This document shows, in pieces, positions 37,001 to 44,700 of a stretch of DNA of 45,787 bases; position 1 is the first letter of the stretch, and each line of letters starts with the position of its first letter. The translations under genes were made by a program, and so were the position numbers. This stretch comes from Cellvibrionales bacterium UBA3090 (GTDB lineage Bacteria; Pseudomonadota; Gammaproteobacteria; Pseudomonadales; Porticoccaceae): the NCBI GenBank assembly GCA_002367235.1, contig DFBC01000112.1:1-45787 (forward strand), in the 5' to 3' direction. Below the pieces are notes generated by a model. It saw only the letters and a program-made list of their open reading frames with translations. It did no database searches and was not told the DNA's origin.

Positions 37001-39375
37001 ACGGCATTGCCGCCACTCAGATGCGCTTGGGCCAGCGCGCCGGCATCGGCAACCACAAAGTGCGCGCTCGCGTTGTTGGTTGGGACGATGAAATTATTTT
37101 TTACGCCTCCGCCACACCGGCTCTCGGCAATAAGCTCAGTGTTAACTCCGGCAATAACCAGCGGGGCTCCGTCCACCAACCGCTGCCCGCGCCCTTTGTC
37201 GTCGCAGTTACCGATGAGGGTGCCAATACCGTGCAGGGTGCGCGCGTGCGCTTTGACATCGCCTCGGGTAGTGGACACTTTTTGACGGACGAACAGAGTA
37301 ATGTTCAAACGCTTGAACGCATTACCGATAGCGATGGCCGCGCCAGTGTCCAGCTCAGCCTGGGTGGCGTGACCGGTCTTGACAAGCAGCGTGTCACGGC
37401 CACCTTACTTGATGCCCAGCCCGATAGTAGTGGCAATACACCCGTTATTACCGCCGGTTTTACCGCCAGCGGCTTTGTCCCCGGTGACCCCGGTGATACC
37501 CGTATTTCCGGCGTGGTGCTCGACAATCAAGACAAGCCCTTACCCGGCGTCACCATCCGTGTCGATGGCACCACCCGCCAAAGTGTCAGTGATGCCGAGG
37601 GCCAGTTCACCATTGACAACGCCCCCGTTGGCCCCGTGCATTTAATTGCCGATGGTTCAACCACCACCGCCGAGGGCGAATTCCCGGCCCTGAGCTACAA
37701 CATTGTCACCGTCTCCGGTGTTGACAACCCGCTCTCTGCACCCATCTACATGGTCAAGCTGAATATGGAAACGGCAAAGTGGGCTGGGGCTGAAGATGTT
37801 GTGATCACGCTACCCGAGGTGCCCGGCTTTAAACTCGAAATCCCCGCCGGTTCCGTCACCTTCCCCGATGGCTCTACTGAAGGCTTTGTCTCCGTTACCG
37901 CCGTCAACAGCTCCAAAGTGCCGATGGCCCCGCCCAACGGCATGCAGCCGCAGTTTATTGTCACCATTCAGCCCACCGGTGCCCTGTTCGATGCACCAGC
38001 CAAGCTGACCCTGCCCAATGTGGACGGACACAAAGCCGGTGCCCAGGTGGAAATGTTCTCTTACGACCACGACCTTGAGGAGTTTGTCGCCATCGGCCTG
38101 GGCACGGTGAGCAAAAATGCCACTACTATAACTACCAATCCCGGTGTCGGTGTGGTCAAGGCCGGTTGGCATTGTGGGGCGCAGCCTGGGGGCGATGGTT
38201 GTTGTGAGGGTGGCGGGGATTGTGGCTACTGCTACGACAAAACGGGTGATTGCCCCTCGAATTGTGAGCTGGCGAAAGACCGGCCTGCAGAAGAGCAAGT
38301 GCTGGGTAACTGCCAGACAGAACTGTGTGGCGGGTCGGAAGATAATAACGCAGATGTGCCAGAAGATGACTGCGGTATTTGTGCAGATGGTAAGCCTGCT
38401 GTTGATGAAGACAAGCCCTTGCCTGCCGAAAAACAAAAACCGGATGATTGTAAAGAGCTGTTGTGTGGTGACAATTTTAATCCGGTTGATGAGACGGCAG
38501 CACTTCAAGCGAGTGAGCCTTGTAAACTGTGTAGTGAGGGTGAGTTAGACAATGCTCCCGATAAAACTGCTTGTAGTGGCGACACACCCGAAACAGAATG
38601 TTACACCTGCAAGGAGGGCGCTTGCGGGAATCAGTGTGAGCCTAGTAATGTTACACATACAGTCTCCTCGACTGCACCTGACTACGTATTAAATGCAGTA
38701 ACGAAGTTTGCTTCTGCAGCCAGCAGCAGTCCTATATTTAGTGTTAGTTTGGCACCTTCTTTTGATGCAAAAGAAACATTTGGTGAAGAATGCTGTAAAA
38801 GTTGTTTAGAACCAGGAGTGAAGGCGTACAGTAAATTTCATGGTAGCGTAGGCCTAAAAGGCACCTTTCAGGCAACTATTCCCGGAGTAGGTATAGTGAA
38901 GAAATTCCCCGACAAGCCTATAGCGGGAGGTCTTGTTGTGTCAGGGTCTGTATTTTTAACTGCTGCAGGAGGAAAAGGTAGTTTTAAATCAGGAGGGGGC
39001 TTTGATTATAAAGAGAGTCTTTGTGATGGGGGTGATTGTGGTTCCATAACGTTGGGGACAAATCTCAACGTTGCTGTAGGCCTTTTTGTCGAAGGTAGTG
39101 TGTCGTTAAAATCTTGCGGAGAAAAAAATTGTCCTAATCTTGTGGCTGTTGAGGTAGAAGGGAGTATTGCTCTTCAGGCGTCTGGAGACGTGGGAACCAA
39201 GGGGTATTCAAGTGAGTGCGATAAGGAAGGGTGCTGGGGTTTAGATGTGAATAATATTGAAGGTGTGGTTACGGCTATGGCCTCTTTTGAGGTGTTTTTT
39301 AAAAAGTATGCTTTTTCATACGAGGAGCACACTGTGTTTTATGAGGGTGGTAGTTTCGGGCTAGGCTGTAATTAA
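34036..39375 (+). CDS. Giant secreted multidomain protein: Ig-like repeats, thrombospondin type-3 repeats, invasin-like Ig pair, carboxypeptidase-regulatory-like domain, ZU5-like domain, Cys-rich C-terminus
   Basis: Signal peptide ending ANS-A; GW..C.D..SG...C repeats; DxDxDG repeats; G.NQ......LP.P....V.D pair; ISGVVLD....PLPGVTI; TIQP.GA.FD.PA.LTLPN. Confidence 0.9.
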   Translation: MSLSAIFGSSFSQYFANKKNVGLFKKLKPVGLLGLFLSAQLANSAEFTVYGPEPFSRQSGSPVPENRALSGSYPNTSYTLKIYNGGITDDENTGEMVSASTVSFNGEIIANTSNFNQNVSLLEAPVTLLSDQDNALDVELWGKPSGLITVVIVGLDNDLPVITASLQPLPNGAGWNHQQTQVVFNCSDAISGIASCADPIAVLQDGANQTFSGTAVDNAGNTAAITATVHLDSTAPTLTYQLTPSANTAGWHAQAVTIDYTCTDTLSGVANCPASTLVSTEGAAQQISALAEDIAGNTISENILLNIDLTLPDISMVKAPAPNVAGWNNTAVTVSYTCTDAISGVEVCPPDAPVTEEGEVTITGSASDYAGNTASALSEVKIDNTAPDLSVALSAVANSNGWHNQPVTLSYACSDILSGMAICPPNQLISGSGANQQITATAEDIAGNIQSISTAINIDLEAPSIAFVNPLDGGAVSTYQPTISLAVADNLNLDDSSLQLTVNGASPAVGCTVSGGTGSCSFSADLPSSSVSLEARIADLAGNVTQAVIAVTVDTDADGIHNDIDQCAGTPAGETADSNGCGYSQRDDDNDGVGNALDQCQATPAGEAVDATGCPVNQDLDNDGVLDNVDQCLATQPGIPVAEDGCDPSQRDTDADGVLDINDAFPNDANETADLDGDGIGDNADTDRDGDGVLNADDLFPNDSGESADLDGDGIGDNADPDKDGDGVPNDQDAFPEDSASSALPVITIDTPATLTTVGATPVHITGTAEGEPVSLSVNGAQITAADGTFQADVSLEEGHNTIVARMVNAEGVISTASISVSLDLTPPYLTIESHTDGQVVHNSTVTITGLVNDIVRGTIEEDQASVSVNGVTASISNRSYMAENIPLQSGENTITVQGVDQVGNSSDYSISLNYQPLVGRHLELVGGQNQTAPINGNLPQPISLKVLDDANQPVVNKNVVFRVIQGSGVVGLDSALEGQGYLAQTDSNGIAATQMRLGQRAGIGNHKVRARVVGWDDEIIFYASATPALGNKLSVNSGNNQRGSVHQPLPAPFVVAVTDEGANTVQGARVRFDIASGSGHFLTDEQSNVQTLERITDSDGRASVQLSLGGVTGLDKQRVTATLLDAQPDSSGNTPVITAGFTASGFVPGDPGDTRISGVVLDNQDKPLPGVTIRVDGTTRQSVSDAEGQFTIDNAPVGPVHLIADGSTTTAEGEFPALSYNIVTVSGVDNPLSAPIYMVKLNMETAKWAGAEDVVITLPEVPGFKLEIPAGSVTFPDGSTEGFVSVTAVNSSKVPMAPPNGMQPQFIVTIQPTGALFDAPAKLTLPNVDGHKAGAQVEMFSYDHDLEEFVAIGLGTVSKNATTITTNPGVGVVKAGWHCGAQPGGDGCCEGGGDCGYCYDKTGDCPSNCELAKDRPAEEQVLGNCQTELCGGSEDNNADVPEDDCGICADGKPAVDEDKPLPAEKQKPDDCKELLCGDNFNPVDETAALQASEPCKLCSEGELDNAPDKTACSGDTPETECYTCKEGACGNQCEPSNVTHTVSSTAPDYVLNAVTKFASAASSSPIFSVSLAPSFDAKETFGEECCKSCLEPGVKAYSKFHGSVGLKGTFQATIPGVGIVKKFPDKPIAGGLVVSGSVFLTAAGGKGSFKSGGGFDYKESLCDGGDCGSITLGTNLNVAVGLFVEGSVSLKSCGEKNCPNLVAVEVEGSIALQASGDVGTKGYSSECDKEGCWGLDVNNIEGVVTAMASFEVFFKKYAFSYEEHTVFYEGGSFGLGCN
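34501..35415 (+). repeat. Four tandem ~75-aa Ig-like coding repeats
   Basis: xGW motifs at 34552, 34780, 35008, 35233 (spacing 228, 228, 225 nt), each with a Cys pair. Confidence 0.85.
35695..36250 (+). repeat. Thrombospondin type-3-like Ca-binding coding repeats
   Basis: DxDxDG...DQC..TP.G units followed by DLDGDGIGDNAD units at 36055 and 36160 (105-nt period). Confidence 0.88.
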
Positions 39376-39383
39376 GGTGTTAT

Positions 39384-40436
39384 ATGGAGATTAAAATTAA
39401 ATTAATTGGCCTATTTTTTTGTCTGTTTGCAGTTGAGATATGCTCTAAAGAGCTTTGTTTGCAAGCTTCTAGAGGGGATGGTTTTGTTGTTGGGTTGTCA
39501 CAAGCGGCTGATGCTTTAGTTGCTGATGCTGTGTTTGATAAGTATATGGAGTATGCAAAAACTAATGACTTTCTGAGTATTAAGGAAATGTATTCTAAAG
39601 AAGATGGGAGTATGGAGTATTTTATGAGCTCACCAATACCGATGGCAGAAAAATTCTCCAATTATAAAGACATTAAGAGCATTGATAAGGAGGCTGTTTT
39701 TAAGTGGGGGCAGTATACAGTTCTTCTTCATAGGTATGTTTATGGTGCGCATGCGATATCCCTAGGCACGATGTTTGAGTGTCGATCTCAGTGTTTCCTT
39801 AGTAATGTTTTTGAGAGGCCTGACGATAATGTGGATATGCTGTCTTGGTTTTTGATGGATTTTTCTTCTGGGCTAAATCGTGTGTCGTGCCCAGAAGATA
39901 GAAAAATTGTATCCATTTACCCCAATAAAAATATTAGTAAAAAAAATCCAATTTCTATTTATCTGGTTTCTGATTTCAGTGCTGATGGTCTGGTAGACCT
40001 TAGCGGAGCCCTCTCTGCCAAACAACTCGGCTGTATAAATCAAATGAAAGCCTTGGGGGGGGGTAAGGCAGATATGGAAGTATTTTTACAGCAATGCACT
40101 GAAAATATTGATATGGGAACCATGTATCCTGTGATAGTGAAGGAGGGTGATACCCTGGTTAAAAAACATATAGATATTGATATTTTTTCTCGATTAATAA
40201 GTGGTGAGAAGGCGGTAAAGTACGTAGGCGATATAAAGTATAAGCAATGGGATGTTGTTGTTGTTGTAGTTGAGGATATCGACAATAGAAAGTATCTGCT
40301 AGCCATTCCCTTCACTGACCGAGGGGCATTGGTGGTTATTGATTGGGGTTTTTTTGGCACGAGTGCCGGCTTTCTGATGACCATGCCTGCTTTTGGTGAG
40401 TATGTTTTTGGAGGTTTTAGTAGTGAAGAAAAATAA
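39384..40436 (+). CDS. Hypothetical exported protein, AT-rich (candidate immunity/partner protein)
   Basis: 350-aa ORF 8 nt after the giant gene, AAGGTG RBS, signal-peptide-like N-terminus, several Cys; no family recognised. Confidence 0.8.
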   Translation: MEIKIKLIGLFFCLFAVEICSKELCLQASRGDGFVVGLSQAADALVADAVFDKYMEYAKTNDFLSIKEMYSKEDGSMEYFMSSPIPMAEKFSNYKDIKSIDKEAVFKWGQYTVLLHRYVYGAHAISLGTMFECRSQCFLSNVFERPDDNVDMLSWFLMDFSSGLNRVSCPEDRKIVSIYPNKNISKKNPISIYLVSDFSADGLVDLSGALSAKQLGCINQMKALGGGKADMEVFLQQCTENIDMGTMYPVIVKEGDTLVKKHIDIDIFSRLISGEKAVKYVGDIKYKQWDVVVVVVEDIDNRKYLLAIPFTDRGALVVIDWGFFGTSAGFLMTMPAFGEYVFGGFSSEEK

Positions 40437-40881
40437 TGCTTCTGATTTTGTTGTGGTTAAAAGTGGTAGAAAGAGCGGGTTGTTATTGATCTTGGTGTCG
40501 TTGGCTTTTTTTATATTGCCTGAGTTTTACTACTCCCTTCTATTTGGTCATGATATTCCTCTACTGGTTGGCTGGGTGGTGACGGGATTGGCGGGGCTTG
40601 TTTTTGTTGTTGCTGTGGTCAAAATACTTAAGAATAGCAAGTATGTTTTTTTGATAAGCCGTGATCGAGCTAGGCAATCATTTACAGGGAATAGTGCGTA
40701 TGATTTTGATATAGCTCTTGAAGATATCGTTGGTGTTGAGGTTGCTGGGCCGCCTATAAATACCGACCAGATAAACTATTATATAATGCTTGAAGATGGT
40801 CAGAGGCATGAGATAGTTATGATTAACGGCAGTTCACCAAAGACTATAGTAAAAGCAATAAAAGAGCGATTGGGTTTGTAA
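40423..40881 (+). CDS. Hypothetical two-TM membrane protein with soluble C-terminal domain
   Basis: GTG at 40423 with GGAGG at 40410-40414; two TMs then beta-rich domain. Confidence 0.75.
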   Translation: MKKNNASDFVVVKSGRKSGLLLILVSLAFFILPEFYYSLLFGHDIPLLVGWVVTGLAGLVFVVAVVKILKNSKYVFLISRDRARQSFTGNSAYDFDIALEDIVGVEVAGPPINTDQINYYIMLEDGQRHEIVMINGSSPKTIVKAIKERLGL

Positions 40882-40918
40882 TTGCTTGAGATAGGGGCGT
40901 ATAAAATGGATAGAACAA

Positions 40919-41710
40919 GTGCCGACTGTTGAATTATTTAAAGAATTGTTTGGTAGTGCGCTTGCAAAAGCGCTGATTATGTTTCATCTGTGCTCCTGTG
41001 CTGGCCTTGGGAATGCGGGGGAAACTGATTATTTTTGGGAGTTTGAAGAGGTCTTGACGCAGCTCTCAGAAATGAAGGGGGAGATTTCTGCTAACAAAAA
41101 AGAAATCGCCAAACTAAAAGAAGTCCTTCTTGAGACCAAAGGAGATGTTCGTGGCCCTCTACAAAAGAGAGTTCCGGTTTCTTTCTTGAATGCTCTGGGT
41201 GGCAAGTCGGTAAAAGTAGGTATTGTAGAGTTTGCCGATTTCCAGTGTCCCTACTGTGCTCGGCATTTTAAAAACACACTGCCTTTGATCAAGTCTAATT
41301 ATGTCGACCAAGGCAAGGTGGCGTACTTTTCGCGACAGTTTCCCTTGAGTTTTCACAGCCAGGCCAGAGCGGCGAGTTCGGCGGTAATTTGCGGGGGCGA
41401 ACAAAATAAGTTTTGGGAGATGCATAGCTATTTGTTTGAGAATAGTCGCAGTATAAGCCCTGATCTTATTCAAGCTAGTGTGGCTAACCTGTCTTTGAAT
41501 CAAAAAACTTTTAGTCGTTGTCTTGTTGCCCCTAAAACGGGGGCGCAGATCGAGCAAGATCTTTTGCTTGGTCAAAGCCTAGGGGTAACCGGTACCCCGA
41601 AATTTTTTATTGGTCGAATTAAGGGGGAGCAGTTGATTGATCTTGTCCCCTTATCTGGAGCACAACCCTATAGCGCGTTTCAGCGTGTTATTGACAGTTT
41701 TTTAAATTAA
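40919..41710 (+). CDS. DsbA-family thiol-disulfide oxidoreductase
   Basis: EFADFQCPYC active site, FPL.FH..A, GVTGTP.FFI cis-Pro loop, GAQP; N-terminal coiled coil; start uncertain. Confidence 0.93.
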   Translation: MPTVELFKELFGSALAKALIMFHLCSCAGLGNAGETDYFWEFEEVLTQLSEMKGEISANKKEIAKLKEVLLETKGDVRGPLQKRVPVSFLNALGGKSVKVGIVEFADFQCPYCARHFKNTLPLIKSNYVDQGKVAYFSRQFPLSFHSQARAASSAVICGGEQNKFWEMHSYLFENSRSISPDLIQASVANLSLNQKTFSRCLVAPKTGAQIEQDLLLGQSLGVTGTPKFFIGRIKGEQLIDLVPLSGAQPYSAFQRVIDSFLN

Positions 41711-41740
41711 AGACTGAAACAAAAAAGAAGGGATTCTACG

Positions 41741-44700
41741 ATGTACTGCCGCACAGTCGGAGCCATAGCTTTACTATTCACTGCCATTAGTGGCTTTTCT
41801 TCCGCTATTTGGGCAGGAACAAACGCCTCATTAGTATTGGATGAAACCTGTACTGTCAGTATATTGAATCGCACGGTCTATGCCGACGAAAACGGCCGCT
41901 TTGCCCTACCAAATGTTCCTTCTTTTATGGGTGAGATTAAAGCAAGGGCTACCTGTATTCGTGATGGCAAAACTGTTTCTGGTGAGACAGCTTATTTCAG
42001 CGTTGTAAACAACACGACGATTAATGTTGGGGACTTTTATCTGGCACAGGCAGAAGATACGCCTGCCAGTGTGCGATTTATCAATGGTAGCTCCGTATTG
42101 CTATTAGGTGATGAGGCAAGCCAGCAATTGTTTACCGTTTTTACCTATTCTGATGGTCGTGAGGAGTTTGTTTTTGAAGCTCAGGAGGGTGTTAATTACA
42201 GTTCTTCAAGTCCAGCCGTAGCTGCCGTCGATAGCGCTGGATTAATAACGGCCATGAGCTCTGGTGTATCCCTTGTCTCGGTACGTAAAGATGGTGTGCT
42301 AGCAACCATTACGGTTAATGTTTCTGCCAGTGGTGATATAGACGGCGACGGTATTCCCGACGATATTGAATTGCTCTATGGCCTCGACCCCAATGACCCC
42401 GTCGATGCTCTTGAGGATCAAGACGGCGATGGTATATCGGCACTGGATGAGTTTAATCTCGGTACAAGCCCCATCAATCCCGATACCGATGGCGACGGCA
42501 TTGACGATAATGAGGAAATAGAAGCCGGCGAAGACGGCTTTATCACTAATCCGCTATTAGCTGATACCGATGGCGATGGCCTTAGCGATGCCTTAGAAAT
42601 CGCTATCGGCTCTGACCCCACTGATATTAACGATGCCAATTACGCAGCCGTTATTACGTCAATAGATGCGACGCCGGATTCCAGTGTTATTTTCTACAAT
42701 AGCATTGACGGTGTGGGCAGTTTGCAGCTTACGGTGAGTGCCACTTTGGTGGATGGTGCCGTGGTCGATATCACGGGCAAGGGCACCGGCACGGATTATT
42801 CTTCTGCAGATTTAAGCATTGCTAACTTTGGTGCCGACGATGGCCGTATTTATGCGGGGCTTGATGGCGTCACTGAAATTACGGTAAGCAATGGCAGTTT
42901 TAGCGATACGGTGCAGCTCAGTGTGCTCACTTTTGATCCCACCGCACTGGGTTATATCGAGTTGCCCAATGCCGCCAATAATGTGGCGGTGGAGGGCGCA
43001 ACCGCTTATGTGGCCACTGCGGGTGGTTTGACGATTGTCGATTTGACGGAGCCACAAGCGCCTGCTGTGATTAGCTCGCTGAGTGTTGCCAGTGGTGCTG
43101 TCGATGTCAAAGCCGATAATGGTTATGTCTATTTGGCCACCACTGCAGGTCTCGCGGTGGTGAATGTGCTTGCCCCCGAAACCCCTGTATTGGTGGCTGT
43201 GCTGACGAGTGTTGGCCAGGTCAATGACATTGCCATTGAGAATGGCCGTGCTTATTTGGCGACCCAGGACCAGGGCGTGGTGGTGGTCGATATCGCCAAC
43301 CCGGCAGCGTTGCAAACCCTGGGATCCATCGTTTTAGGCTCGGTTATTCACGCGGTCGATATCGCCGGGCAGATGGCGGTGGCGGTCTCGGGTGATGCCG
43401 TTATCGCCCTGGGTGTTAGCAACCCTGCGTCCATTGTCGAGTGGAGCCGGGTGACGGTGAACGCCGCAAAAGAGGTGGCCCTAAAAGATAAGCATGCTTT
43501 TCTAGCGGCAGGCAACGGTGACTATTACCCGAGCATTGATTTTACCGACCCTTTAAACCCGGTTTTTAACGCGACACAGCGCACCTTTTTGCCCTCCGAT
43601 GTAGTGGTGAATGGTGACCATGCCTTTTACAGCGATACGCTTTTCCCCAGTGCTATACCCATTGTCAATATCAAAGATCCCAATAATCCGCTCTATCAGG
43701 AGTTGATAGACCTCTCTCAGTATGGCGACAAAGATTGTAATGGTATTGATGCCGATTTTGCCTATGTCTATTGCACTGCGGCTAATCGTCTGTACATCGC
43801 CCAATACCGTCAGCCCAGTGATGTGGCGGGTATCGCCCCGACGATTGTTTGGCAAACTCCGGCCCTGGGTACTGAGCTCTTCCAAAACCGCCCCTATCGT
43901 GTCAAGGCCGATGTGAATGATGATGTGCGTGTTGCACAAGTCAGTTTTTTTGCCAATGACACTTTAGTACATACCGATGTGACACCGCCCTATACCTTTG
44001 TCTATAAAGTGCCGGAAGGCATTACGACGCAAATATTTAAAGTCGAAGCATTGGATTTGGCCAGCAATTTAGCCTCCACGGGTGATCTTGCCTTCAACGT
44101 CAGTCCCCTGGCGGCTATCGATGAAGAGTGGTCCGATGTGGTTGTCGATTACTTTGACGAAGACTTGCTGACCTCTAGTGTGGCAATGACTAATGCCACG
44201 TTCATTTCCCAGTATAAGCTGGTGACGGCGGGTGATTTGCTGGTAACGGGCGATACTGCGGGCATTGTGGTAGAGCAACTTGAGGTGGGCGGCAATCTGA
44301 TTGTCGATGGCGCTACGCTGACTATTAACAGTGCGAACGGTATTGAGGTGCTGGGCGATGTGGTGCTGATTAATGGTGCCTCAATCACCGTGCCGAATGC
44401 GAATTCCAGTACTCAAGATATTATTGAGCTGGATTTGAATGTTGCGGGACAGGTCAGAATTGATGCTACCTCGGCTATTGATGTTTCGGGCAAAGGCTAT
44501 CCGCCACGTCAAATTAGTGGGCCAGACTGGAGCGGCACAGCGCGCTATGGCTGCCATGGTGGAATACGAACTAAAGACGGCAGTAGGGACTGTATTTATG
44601 GCCGCTATAACGAGGCGCGGTTTGCCGGTAGTTCAGGTTATGAGAGTGGCGCTTCGACTGCCCATGGCGGGGGTGTGGTTAGAATCACCGCGCAATCTGT

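Noticed and set aside
38200-38640. CxxC motifs in the giant protein as haem c sites
   Set aside because: None is followed by His (CGYCY, CGICA, CKLCS, CYTCK)
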